Positions 17,098 through 26,343 of a stretch of DNA of 64,000 nt are shown here, one piece after another (the first letter of the stretch is position 1; every line of letters starts with the position of its first letter). Position numbers and translations under genes: made by a program. The stretch comes from a virus (lineage: Duplodnaviria; Caudoviricetes): the IMG/VR virus record IMGVR_UViG_3300024272_002379, one strand, 5' to 3'. Under the pieces are notes generated by a model that saw nothing but the letters and a program-made list of their open reading frames with translations, ran no database searches and was not told the origin of the DNA.

Positions 17098-17778
17098 ATG
17101 GGTAAGATATCAGGCGAGGTATCAAAAGGACTCGGAACAGCTATTGCAGAAGTACAGGAAAAGTTAGGTATCACACCTGTAACTGAAGATTCTTCTGTAA
17201 CACCAGAAGATTTACTTAATTCTGGAGTAAAAGCAAAACGAAAAAGAAGAACAAAAGCTGAAATGGAAGCCGCTCGTCAAGAAGCTAATTCTGAAGGAAA
17301 TTCATTATTTGAGTCTTTAGTTGCATCTGGCAAAGAAGAAGAGGTAAGACCAAAGAATCATGAAGAATTCTGTGAATTAGAATTAAAGAAAGCTCACGAG
17401 AAAGGTTTACCTGACCCAGATTTTGACTTTAGAGCTTTTTATGAAAAAGGCCAAACTGCATATTATGTACGTGTTCAGGAAAGACTTGGTGAAAAGGAAA
17501 TCATTAAGGTATTTTTAAGAACAATATACCCTAGAACAATGATTGGTTCTGAAGAAAAATCTTGTTGTCATTGTATAGGTTACCATGAAAGAGACCGTGT
17601 TTTCGATACACCAAGAGAAGCACAAGCTTTCTATGATTCTATCACTATAGCCTCTAAATACGCTGAAGAGCCCAAATCGGAACGGAAAAAGCGTAGGGGT
17701 GCAGTTGATGACTTAGAAGAAGAAAACGGCGATTATCAGCTAAATACGAGCTTAGAGGAGATAATGAATGAAGATTAA
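17098..17778 (+). CDS. hypothetical protein
   Basis: RBS GGAGGTG; KRKRRTKAEMEAA motif. Confidence 0.7.
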   Translation: MGKISGEVSKGLGTAIAEVQEKLGITPVTEDSSVTPEDLLNSGVKAKRKRRTKAEMEAARQEANSEGNSLFESLVASGKEEEVRPKNHEEFCELELKKAHEKGLPDPDFDFRAFYEKGQTAYYVRVQERLGEKEIIKVFLRTIYPRTMIGSEEKSCCHCIGYHERDRVFDTPREAQAFYDSITIASKYAEEPKSERKKRRGAVDDLEEENGDYQLNTSLEEIMNED

Positions 17779-17944
17779 AACCTTTATATGTACAAAAATC
17801 AATCAGGAGCACTTAAAAAACGTTGAAAAAGAAGTAAATGCTTTTACTGCTAAACACAAAGTAGTAGATATCAAAGTTAATACTACATCTAATAATTATG
17901 GAGCTGTTGTTGTTTATACTGTAATTTATGAAGGAGAAGAATAA
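17768..17944 (+). CDS. 58-aa protein, DUF2758/Cse60-like (not in ORF track)
   Basis: MKIKTF..EKEVNAF..VVDIK..YTVIYE; RBS GAGGAG. Confidence 0.55.
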   Translation: MKIKTFICTKINQEHLKNVEKEVNAFTAKHKVVDIKVNTTSNNYGAVVVYTVIYEGEE

Positions 17945-18129
17945 TGGGCAGAAGTGAGTTAATCATTTATGATGAAAACCTTCGTGTTAAAGAATCCATT
18001 ACATGGAAAATACAGCAAAAAAGTCTCACTCTTCATCTAAGAGATGCAAAAGGAAACCCTGTAGCTAGAGCTAATGTACCTTTTGATACAATGAAAAAAT
18101 TTATATTAGACAACAACAAAATGAAATAG
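17944..18129 (+). CDS. small protein, paralog of next gene
   Basis: ITW..G.P.A.A..NxMK shared. Confidence 0.7.
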   Translation: MGRSELIIYDENLRVKESITWKIQQKSLTLHLRDAKGNPVARANVPFDTMKKFILDNNKMK

Positions 18130-18137
18130 GAGGAGCT

Positions 18138-18326
18138 ATGGCTAACTATTTAAGAGTACCAGATACAGACTCGCATATTACATGGAGACAAGGTGTAACA
18201 AGCGATAGAAAAGGTGAAGCGTTAGACTTTACTGTAAGAAAACAAGATGGTACGCCAATTGCTAAAGCAAAAATTACAGCAGAACAGTTACATGCTTATA
18301 TCTGTATGCATAACACAATGAAATAG
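18138..18326 (+). CDS. small protein, paralog of previous gene
   Basis: same pattern, RBS. Confidence 0.7.
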   Translation: MANYLRVPDTDSHITWRQGVTSDRKGEALDFTVRKQDGTPIAKAKITAEQLHAYICMHNTMK

Positions 18327-18335
18327 GAGGAATTC

Positions 18336-18722
18336 ATGAAAGACATTAAAAGAGTTTTAAAGTTCACCAAATATGATACATACAATAGCATTAGAAAAGT
18401 AGCTGATGATATTGTTATATCATTAATGAACAATGAAACATTTAACAGACCACGTACATTTACATCAACAATAGTGGTAAATCCTATATATCAGATAGGT
18501 GTTGGATTAGGCATTTTTATACCAAAATGTAGAGAGTATGGAGTTGAGAAAGATGAAAGATACATGCTTTATGATATCAAAATCTATCAGGTTTTGGGTA
18601 ATCGAAAAAGCAGAATATCTATCGCTCAAAATGAACAGCTAAGACAAATTGTATTAGGCAATGATATTGTTGAGCAAGAAGAAATTATTAAAATAGAGGA
18701 GGAGTCCGATGGTAAGCTTTGA
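18336..18722 (+). CDS. hypothetical protein
   Basis: RBS. Confidence 0.65.
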   Translation: MKDIKRVLKFTKYDTYNSIRKVADDIVISLMNNETFNRPRTFTSTIVVNPIYQIGVGLGIFIPKCREYGVEKDERYMLYDIKIYQVLGNRKSRISIAQNEQLRQIVLGNDIVEQEEIIKIEEESDGKL

Positions 18723-19071
18723 AGATTTATCGCCTGAAGACCAGGCAAAAGTATTAGAAGAAGCAAAGCAGTTAGTTGATAAGGAAAACATTCGTAAGCA
18801 CGCTGTTGCAATGTATGGTTTAAAGAAAAAAGAACTCACAAATGATTATCTTGAAATCATTTATAAATCATTAGGGTTGAAACCAGGCCCTGAACAGTCT
18901 GCAATAAGACAGCGATACATATCCATGGTTAATTATCTATACAAGATAGCCATTAATGGTAAATATCGTGGCGAAAACGTAAAAGCCATGTCAACGGAAG
19001 AAGAATGGATTGCTTATCAGGATGTTTCTAATAAAGTTAAAACTTTATTGGTAAGCTGTTCAAAAAAGTAG
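18709..19071 (+). CDS. hypothetical protein
   Basis: RBS. Confidence 0.65.
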   Translation: MVSFEDLSPEDQAKVLEEAKQLVDKENIRKHAVAMYGLKKKELTNDYLEIIYKSLGLKPGPEQSAIRQRYISMVNYLYKIAINGKYRGENVKAMSTEEEWIAYQDVSNKVKTLLVSCSKK

Positions 19072-19081
19072 GAGGTATGCT

Positions 19082-19345
19082 ATGAACGAAAATAAGTTAT
19101 TGGCAGACATCTGGAAAATTAAAACATTACAGGAAATATTCAGTAGTGCAGAAATTTTTACATATACAGAATCATTCATTATTGATGCATTTGCTGAAAA
19201 ACACCACATCAAAAACGAGAATAGTGAACTTATCTTACTGTTAGAAGAAATGTATACGAAAAATCCAGATAAGATTCCTACTATCATGGAATTATTGGAA
19301 ATCTGTAAAGAAAGCAATTTGATTGAGGAGGTAGAAAATGGCTAA
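19082..19345 (+). CDS. hypothetical protein
   Basis: RBS. Confidence 0.65.
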   Translation: MNENKLLADIWKIKTLQEIFSSAEIFTYTESFIIDAFAEKHHIKNENSELILLLEEMYTKNPDKIPTIMELLEICKESNLIEEVENG

Positions 19346-19751
19346 GTTTAATATTTACGCCGTTGCTTACGGCATTAATCCAGAAACAAAACAACCTACA
19401 TTCTGTCATAAATTTCGTACATGGGATGAATGTAAACCTTATGTAGTTGGAGTTGAGGGAGCGAAATACAAAGGATTCTTCACTGAAACCGAGGCTGATA
19501 TGTGGTTGGAAAAAACTGTTCAGGATTTGGTTCAGGTTAATGAAAAAGACAAAGAAACTGAATATGTACCAGCTATTGAAATCATTGCTGCTCATGGTGT
19601 GGATGAATTTGAGGTACTGTGTGCTAATCTTCACTTAGATTCTCATACCGTTACACAGTTTCTTAAGAAGCAGTTTGTTGAGCAATACAGATTCCTTTGT
19701 GATAATACAATTGATGTATCTGATATATCAACTAAAACATCAACCGAATAA
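19338..19751 (+). CDS. RNase H1 N-terminal hybrid-binding (viroplasmin) domain protein, no catalytic domain
   Basis: YAVAYG..FRTWDECKPYVVGVEGAKYKGF..EA..WL. Confidence 0.8.
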   Translation: MAKFNIYAVAYGINPETKQPTFCHKFRTWDECKPYVVGVEGAKYKGFFTETEADMWLEKTVQDLVQVNEKDKETEYVPAIEIIAAHGVDEFEVLCANLHLDSHTVTQFLKKQFVEQYRFLCDNTIDVSDISTKTSTE

Positions 19752-19780
19752 CTTTGTCTTGAGCCGAATGGACATAGTTT

Positions 19781-19823
19781 CTCCCCCTAGCCCCGAAAAA
19801 ATAAAAGCTAGGGGGAGATTTTT
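19781..19823 (+). terminator. GC-rich hairpin/terminator
   Basis: TCTCCCCCTAGC/GCTAGGGGGAGA then TTTTT. Confidence 0.7.
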
Positions 19824-20365
19824 ACTTTGTCTCTCGCATTAAGACAGTATCTTTAGTTTGACTGTTATCTCAAACAATCCTCATACCCACATCCATGACG
19901 TTCCGTATGTGTAATCTCTAAATATAGATAACTAACATATACATCTATATGTTATTCAAGTATTTATATTATCATTGAGATAATGGTATGAGCTCCCTAT
20001 TTTTATATCATGGCCCACGAACCCGTCGTCTGTTTTATTATTGAAATAATGAGGATGACCGACGTAGCTTCCTCTACAGTATGCGTAAGATACTCCGCTA
20101 TACTGCAACCGAGATTTTCTGAATGAGCTCTCGACACCACTACCGTTTATTATCCTGTGTGCGTCACCACAGTTATCTATTATTATACAGGTTTAATCCT
20201 GTCGTATTTACTAATAATCTAGTATAATCACTTAAAGCTGATTGGCACTTATCGTCTATCTGGGTTATTTTATTATACGTAGCATATAGACTTTATCTAC
20301 GTAATGATTATAAGTATTAATACATTTTTGATATGTATGCACATGTCTATGCAATTTTTGACATT

Positions 20366-20394
20366 AAAAAAGACCGTATCTGAATGATACAGTC
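20366..20394 (-). terminator. minus-strand intrinsic terminator (attenuator-like)
   Basis: GACUGUAUC/GAUACGGUC + U6 on the minus strand; the U.G pair forms only in that polarity. Confidence 0.7.
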
Positions 20395-20424
20395 ATACTT
20401 AATACACATATCTTGTAAAGAATA

Positions 20425-20453
20425 TTGACAACACTATGGCAAAATGCTATAAT
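20425..20453 (+). promoter_or_regulatory. consensus sigma-A promoter
   Basis: TTGACA-17-TATAAT with extended TG. Confidence 0.85.
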
Positions 20454-20551
20454 TATATAAATTCAATACATTTCTATGTTTGGTATTCACTCTACCATTC
20501 AGAACCTAACTTGATACTTGCAATATCAATTAGGAGTTTTGTATTAATGCT

Positions 20552-20580
20552 ATGGTAGCATAGCTACCAATGAAAGTCAA
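20552..20580 (-). promoter_or_regulatory. convergent minus-strand promoter
   Basis: TTGACT-17-TACCAT with TG on the minus strand. Confidence 0.6.
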
Positions 20581-20605
20581 GCTCATTCTTCGGAATGAGC
20601 TTTTT
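20581..20605 (+). terminator. intrinsic terminator of short + RNA
   Basis: GCTCATTC-TTCG-GAATGAGC-TTTTT. Confidence 0.8.
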
Positions 20606-20635
20606 CTATGAGCAAAAATAAAAGGAGGTAACACC

Positions 20636-20797
20636 ATGATACTTAAAGCTGGAGAATCGTATACTGTAGAGCTTATAGTTACTATAGAAGAAGATGTTGA
20701 TGAAGCAGTAATAGATGCTACAATTACAAATGCTCTCTATAATGATACACCAACAGAATCATTGACTATTGGCCATTATGAAGAGTTAACTATATAA
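20636..20797 (+). CDS. 53-aa hypothetical protein (not in ORF track)
   Basis: AGGAGG RBS, open frame. Confidence 0.55.
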   Translation: MILKAGESYTVELIVTIEEDVDEAVIDATITNALYNDTPTESLTIGHYEELTI

Positions 20798-20827
20798 AAT
20801 TCCTAACGGAATAGTAAATAGAATATT

Positions 20828-21139
20828 ATGGAGGACAATACAATGTTCAATCTTATTCAAAGTACTCCAATGTCTGGAGATTGTACCTGTGGATATATTG
20901 TGGATTTGCACAATGACTATACTGTTAATGAATTCATTCAAGAAGTGTTAACCGAACATAAAAAAGAATGGGGATGTTTTAGAATCAACGAAGGAGTTCA
21001 TCGGAATAGAGGAATTCGTTGGTACAGATATGGAAGATTAGAGTCTGGCATGATACCAGAAGAACTTTTAGACATGAAAATAGAAAAAGTTACCGCTAGA
21101 GGCGGTTGGTCCGCAATGGACTACACTATTACAATTTAG
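20828..21139 (+). CDS. hypothetical phage protein
   Basis: ORF, GGWSAMDY C-terminus. Confidence 0.7.
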   Translation: MEDNTMFNLIQSTPMSGDCTCGYIVDLHNDYTVNEFIQEVLTEHKKEWGCFRINEGVHRNRGIRWYRYGRLESGMIPEELLDMKIEKVTARGGWSAMDYTITI

Positions 21140-21151
21140 GAGGACAAACTA

Positions 21152-21529
21152 ATGTTAATATTTTCAAACGTTGCATTATTTGAGAGAGTGTACGACGCTG
21201 CTGCAAAGTGTTATCCAGAACTTAAGGATGGCATTATCGTTGTTGACTTAAATGGTACTGATAATCTTAGTATCTTTGAAGGAACTGGGGAAGACCTGGG
21301 AAAATATAAATTATCCTTAAAAATGGAAGAAAGTTACATTGAAAACGTTAAGTCTATTGCATTAGGCTTTGCAATGATTGTATGTCACAATAAACATGGT
21401 CAGATGGATTCTAAAAATATGACACAGGAACAGCAGGATGACCTTGTAAAAGTAACAACTAACATCATTGAAGCGTATGCAGATATTCCATCTCATGGAG
21501 AAATGGCATATGAGACAGGAGCGGTGTAA
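21152..21529 (+). CDS. hypothetical protein
   Basis: RBS. Confidence 0.65.
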   Translation: MLIFSNVALFERVYDAAAKCYPELKDGIIVVDLNGTDNLSIFEGTGEDLGKYKLSLKMEESYIENVKSIALGFAMIVCHNKHGQMDSKNMTQEQQDDLVKVTTNIIEAYADIPSHGEMAYETGAV

Positions 21530-21984
21530 TGGTTAAAGAGATTCTTAAGGTAACTACACATAATGATGAGGTTGAAGCATTTTTAAGTCAACCATGTAAA
21601 AAAATAACAGATATCAGAAAAGCTAGAGAAATCGTTAAAGATTTGATTGACACAGCTTTACATAATAACGAACACAATGGTACAAAATGTTGCGGACTTG
21701 CCGCAAATCAGATTGGTATCAATGCCAGAGTTATTATTGCTCAAATGCCTAATGGTAAATTTGAACCATTTATTAATCCAGTTATTGTGGACCACTCAAA
21801 AGCAATAACTCAGAGTACAGAAGGATGTATGTCATTAGAAGGAACACGAGAAGTTCCTCGCTATCATAGTATTATACTTATGGCTCAGGATATCAGTGGT
21901 AGATGGAACAAAAGAAAATTTACAGGATTTACAGCTATTGAGCTTCAGCATGAGATTGACCACACAAACGGCGTTTTGATTTAA
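21529..21984 (+). CDS. def: peptide deformylase
   Basis: GLAANQIG, EGCMS, QHEIDH. Confidence 0.95.
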   Translation: MVKEILKVTTHNDEVEAFLSQPCKKITDIRKAREIVKDLIDTALHNNEHNGTKCCGLAANQIGINARVIIAQMPNGKFEPFINPVIVDHSKAITQSTEGCMSLEGTREVPRYHSIILMAQDISGRWNKRKFTGFTAIELQHEIDHTNGVLI

Positions 21985-22046
21985 TATTTACAATTGACAC
22001 AGAAATTGGGGAATTTCTATACTCATTTAGTAAAGGAGGAAAAGAA

Positions 22047-22328
22047 ATGAACCTAGAAAATTTCAATGTAAACGTAAATCAAGTTGCCACAGTTGTAACT
22101 GAACATACATTTTGGATTGGCGAAGATGCTAATATTGAGGTTGTTGTTGATTTATATGAACACAACGGCAGCTATCAAATAATGGCTCTTCTTAATGGTA
22201 GCGAAGAAATTGACACAATAGATTACGAAGGCTCCATTGACGATACAGATGAAGTTCTGGCAACCATGGAAAAACTGGTAAACGACAATGAAGATTACAT
22301 TTTGGATTTAGCATTGTGGAATGATTAG
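22047..22328 (+). CDS. highly acidic small protein with own promoter
   Basis: D/E-rich, almost no basic residues; TTGACA-18-TATACT at 21994-22023. Confidence 0.7.
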   Translation: MNLENFNVNVNQVATVVTEHTFWIGEDANIEVVVDLYEHNGSYQIMALLNGSEEIDTIDYEGSIDDTDEVLATMEKLVNDNEDYILDLALWND

Positions 22329-22366
22329 GCAGATGAAAATCTGCCTTTTTATTTTTGGAGGTAACC

Positions 22367-22594
22367 ATGAAAGTAATTGGCACCAATGATGAAATAACAT
22401 ATTTAATGATGCAATGCCAAAACACAAAGTACGCATGTGAAGAATGCGTATTGTATAAATTTTGTTCTAAAGACATGTTTATACGTATGAAACCTGCAAC
22501 TTTAGATGCTATCGAAACAGGAAAATATCAATCTATTCTTATATCGAAAGGAGATGATGAAGATGCCAGTAGAACACAGCAATCCAGTAATTAA
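22367..22594 (+). CDS. hypothetical protein
   Basis: RBS, Cys cluster. Confidence 0.6.
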   Translation: MKVIGTNDEITYLMMQCQNTKYACEECVLYKFCSKDMFIRMKPATLDAIETGKYQSILISKGDDEDASRTQQSSN

Positions 22595-23435
22595 GGATTT
22601 AACTGACAAGATAGTAAGTGCTTTAAAAAGTCAAGGATTTGTGATTCAAAGATATGATGCATATTCAACACACTCCGTATATTTGAAATTAGATTATGGA
22701 GTGTGTAACACTATTCGGATTAGTGACCATGAAGGAAAACAGCACCTTAAGTACAGATACAATTTAATTATTGGTGGAGAAGACAACATTACCGACGAAG
22801 AATATACAAGATATTTCTTCAACGAGAATAGTGTAAGTAGCTTATTGAATCAGATTTTATTTGATAAAACCATAAAACTTCAAAAGTATGGTAAAACATC
22901 ATACAAAAATTTTATGGTTAGAAATATGCTAGACCATAGAAACGAAAAAGGTTTTTGGAGAGACGCTAAGTTAATCACCAAAGGAATAAATGATGATTTG
23001 ACAGAAACACAAGTCTCTAGGAGATATTCATCAAACCCATTTTCAACTCAAGATGATGTTATGACACTTAGACAAATGCCAGATGGTACTTATGCATGTG
23101 GGCCAGACGTGGTATTGAACGAATATAAAAAAGTAGTTGTCAATCAGATGAATTTAGATGCAAACGCAAAATTTCATCCAAACGAAAAGGTAAGAGTAAC
23201 AGCTAGTTTTAATGAATTAGTTAATTATTATATGAGTGCCAACGAAACTATTAATCAGGCTAAAACACATGCATTACAAATCTTAAGTAAAGGATTTGAC
23301 ACTGAAGAGTACGATGTTGGAACTGTTATAGGTGCAACTCAGTGTGACGAAGGAATGTTCTATACATTAGAATTGCCATTAATTCCAATGGAATTTTTGC
23401 CTGAAAGTTTTATTAGTAAATTAGGAGGTATCTAA
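22563..23435 (+). CDS. hypothetical phage protein (IRISDH motif)
   Basis: SVYLKLD..TIRISDH. Confidence 0.7.
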   Translation: MPVEHSNPVIKDLTDKIVSALKSQGFVIQRYDAYSTHSVYLKLDYGVCNTIRISDHEGKQHLKYRYNLIIGGEDNITDEEYTRYFFNENSVSSLLNQILFDKTIKLQKYGKTSYKNFMVRNMLDHRNEKGFWRDAKLITKGINDDLTETQVSRRYSSNPFSTQDDVMTLRQMPDGTYACGPDVVLNEYKKVVVNQMNLDANAKFHPNEKVRVTASFNELVNYYMSANETINQAKTHALQILSKGFDTEEYDVGTVIGATQCDEGMFYTLELPLIPMEFLPESFISKLGGI

Positions 23436-23635
23436 TGGATAAAGAAACAGCAGAACTTTTAAAAGGTGCATTAGAAGTAGTAAACAAGGTTGAAGACCCT
23501 GAGCTACATAGCATGATTGAAAAATTTGATTACACTCCAGCTCCTGAACTGACATTAAATATTAATGAATATCTTAATATTTATAATTGGTTAAAAGAGC
23601 TGGAACTGTATAGAAAAATATGTGGACCGCTATAA
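23435..23635 (+). CDS. hypothetical protein
   Basis: RBS, coupled. Confidence 0.6.
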   Translation: MDKETAELLKGALEVVNKVEDPELHSMIEKFDYTPAPELTLNINEYLNIYNWLKELELYRKICGPL

Positions 23636-23650
23636 ACAGGAGGAAATACT

Positions 23651-24154
23651 ATGAAAACATTTCAAAAGACAAGTAACGGATATACACTCGAAATCATTAT
23701 TGATGATGAAGAGTTACTTAAGAAACTGGACAAAGAAATACAGACATATCAGCATTTACTGGAAAAGCACGCTGAGCATGAAAAAGAACGAGTAGAGGCA
23801 GAAGAAAACAATAATGACGATTATTACGATTATCGTTGGGAATATAATATGCAGTCAGTTTACGGAGACCCAGAATCTGACTATTGTACTCCAGAAGAAA
23901 TTATCAGAGACCTTAAAGAGTTCAAAAAGATTATTACTGATGCGGTAAATGGCGATGGTTCTGAATTATGGGCTAAGGTATCTCTTAAGAAAAATGGTAC
24001 ATTTAAGAAAACAGGTAAACCTACATTAAAAGAAGCTATCAATGGTTCTTACTGGGAAGATAGCTATGGCTGGAACGCTCAGGTTTTAAGACTTGAACCT
24101 ACTGATGATACTCATGTTCATCTCAAATTAAGTCATGTTACGTTGCATTATTAG
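23651..24154 (+). CDS. hypothetical protein
   Basis: RBS. Confidence 0.7.
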   Translation: MKTFQKTSNGYTLEIIIDDEELLKKLDKEIQTYQHLLEKHAEHEKERVEAEENNNDDYYDYRWEYNMQSVYGDPESDYCTPEEIIRDLKEFKKIITDAVNGDGSELWAKVSLKKNGTFKKTGKPTLKEAINGSYWEDSYGWNAQVLRLEPTDDTHVHLKLSHVTLHY

Positions 24155-24174
24155 GAGGTTGTTAAGGAGGTAAT

Positions 24175-24756
24175 ATGTTCGGAGAACCATACGAAATACC
24201 ACAGCCAGAATATTATACCTTCGTTTATGAGGAACCAGATAACGGCTGGTGGTTAAAGATTGACTCAATAGAAAAATTGGGCGATTACATGATGAAAACT
24301 GAAGCAATGTACGGAGATTGCATGGAAGAGTATATGAGATATGCATTTCATCAGGAAGAGAATGAAGAAAATCGTCTAAAGCTTAGTAATAGACTTCAGG
24401 CTATTATTATGTTTGGAGAAAGAAGACATCTTACTATTATTGATGCTATTATCCAGTTTAGAATGTGTGTATTTTCTCAAATGTGTGAAGTTATAAGAGA
24501 ATCTGGATATATAGTAATCAATAAAGTAGGTGGTTATCATCGTGGTCCAGTAGAGCATTCACAGTTTGTAAACAGAAAAACATTTACTTGGCCTGATTTT
24601 CAGGAAAATGACATTCGTATATCTCAGTTTCCAGGAGGAGAACATTATTATGTTCGCATTGGTGACATGGAGCTTCATGAGAATGGTGCCATTAAATGGA
24701 ACACTAGAGAGGAAGCTTTAACGGTAGCAAGAAGATATATCTCAAAGGAAGGGTGA
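24175..24756 (+). CDS. hypothetical protein
   Basis: RBS. Confidence 0.7.
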   Translation: MFGEPYEIPQPEYYTFVYEEPDNGWWLKIDSIEKLGDYMMKTEAMYGDCMEEYMRYAFHQEENEENRLKLSNRLQAIIMFGERRHLTIIDAIIQFRMCVFSQMCEVIRESGYIVINKVGGYHRGPVEHSQFVNRKTFTWPDFQENDIRISQFPGGEHYYVRIGDMELHENGAIKWNTREEALTVARRYISKEG

Positions 24757-24760
24757 TATC

Positions 24761-24961
24761 ATGTCTAACGACGAACAATATATTGGTTCAATGTCTCCAA
24801 CAATAGGAGTCAAAGAACACAGAGAGCTATTGCAAGTTACAAAACAAGTAGGTTTTTTACTTACACAAGAAGAATTTGCAAAAATAATGGCTGTCTATAT
24901 GCAAACATTGGATAGAGTTTTTAAAGAAAATGGATTAGCGGAGGTAGAAGATGAAGATTAA
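24761..24961 (+). CDS. hypothetical protein
   Basis: ORF in operon. Confidence 0.6.
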   Translation: MSNDEQYIGSMSPTIGVKEHRELLQVTKQVGFLLTQEEFAKIMAVYMQTLDRVFKENGLAEVEDED

Positions 24962-25661
24962 ATCAGTAAACAATGATTTGAAGAAATACGGTTATCCAAC
25001 AGAGATGGAATACAATAATCACAATTTCAATGGACATCAGATTGGTGTAGCTGTATGTATTAAAAACAATGTAACAGGATTAATCGAAGAGAATTTCCTA
25101 TCAGAAAGTCTCGGTGATAAAGCAAGTAGAGATTCGCTTCTGTCTGAATTACTTGCAGATGAAAATATAACATTAATTCCAGATATCATTACACAGTTTG
25201 ACAGAGAAAATGGCGGTTTAATACCTAAAACAATTTATTATATTCCATATGTTGTAGAAAATCATTCAAGATTTATTCCAACAGTAACGAATGATAACAT
25301 TGTGGATTCTTGCAATGCTTCTTACGACATCAAGATAGAACTTCTTTTTACAGAAGAAGAAGTAAGTCGTTATTTGGTAATACCATTTAAAACAAGGAAT
25401 ATATCCGTAATGGATTTGGTGTATAACCTATTTGAAGGTGACAGAGAAGATTTGAAAGAAGTTGGTATTGAATGGCAAGACGGTTCAGACGATACAGAAG
25501 CAGGTTATACTCTTGACTTTTACACCAACACAGGTGAAAGATATAATCTTGTATTCAGTAACGGAGAAAGATTAAGAGACGCAATTGCATCAATGCGTTT
25601 AATTGATATCGTATGCCATATAGATGGCGAGGACGAAGAAGATGGAAACAAATCTGAATAA
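24951..25661 (+). CDS. hypothetical protein
   Basis: RBS. Confidence 0.7.
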   Translation: MKIKSVNNDLKKYGYPTEMEYNNHNFNGHQIGVAVCIKNNVTGLIEENFLSESLGDKASRDSLLSELLADENITLIPDIITQFDRENGGLIPKTIYYIPYVVENHSRFIPTVTNDNIVDSCNASYDIKIELLFTEEEVSRYLVIPFKTRNISVMDLVYNLFEGDREDLKEVGIEWQDGSDDTEAGYTLDFYTNTGERYNLVFSNGERLRDAIASMRLIDIVCHIDGEDEEDGNKSE

Positions 25662-26340
25662 AATAAAAGAAATGGCTAAACTTTTCTTGCATTTGCCTAT
25701 ACAAGAAGACAAACATCTACATCCGTTACTATGTGTTCACCATCCTTTTTTAGCTAGTTGTACAACATGTATTAATCATGAATTTGTTAATCTCTTAGAA
25801 AATCCAGAAAGGTTATCAGATTTTCATGAGTACATGGAAGAACAAATAGATAAAGGTGATTTATGTAAGATTTATGTTCTTATTAGAAAACCATATCGTT
25901 TAACCTTTTTAAAGCACTGTGAACCATATTTATCACCAAAAGATTTAGCTGAATATTTTGCAGATGCATGGGTTGCAAGCGAAAACCCAAATCAGGATGC
26001 AAATTGTCCAATTCCGTATCTAGTCAGAATGTTTAAGAAATGTAGCAAAGAACATCTTATGACAGAAGAAGATTACGAAGTATATCAATCATTGCCTGAA
26101 ACATTTACCATATATCGTGGTGTTGCAGTTGGAAGAAATCCAAAAGGATTATCATGGACTCAAAATTTCGAAAAAGCAAAATGGTTTTCTGAAAGATTTG
26201 ACAGAGAAGATAAAAAAGGTTATATTCAGAAAGCAACAGCAAAGAAAGAAGATGTTCTAGCATACTTTAATACACGAGGAGAAGATGAAATCGTATATGA
26301 CAGTAGAAAACTAGAAATATCTGTTTTTGAAGAGGTGTAA
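25642..26340 (+). CDS. hypothetical protein, possible ADP-ribosyltransferase-like fold
   Basis: TIYRG..GLSWT..AKWF..GEDEIV resembles the R-S-E pattern. Confidence 0.5.
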   Translation: METNLNKIKEMAKLFLHLPIQEDKHLHPLLCVHHPFLASCTTCINHEFVNLLENPERLSDFHEYMEEQIDKGDLCKIYVLIRKPYRLTFLKHCEPYLSPKDLAEYFADAWVASENPNQDANCPIPYLVRMFKKCSKEHLMTEEDYEVYQSLPETFTIYRGVAVGRNPKGLSWTQNFEKAKWFSERFDREDKKGYIQKATAKKEDVLAYFNTRGEDEIVYDSRKLEISVFEEV

Positions 26341-26343
26341 GTC

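Noticed and set aside
20283-20294. 12-nt complement to the GOLLD-like 3' region (AAAGTCTATATG)
   Set aside because: A short AT-rich match that is plausible by chance
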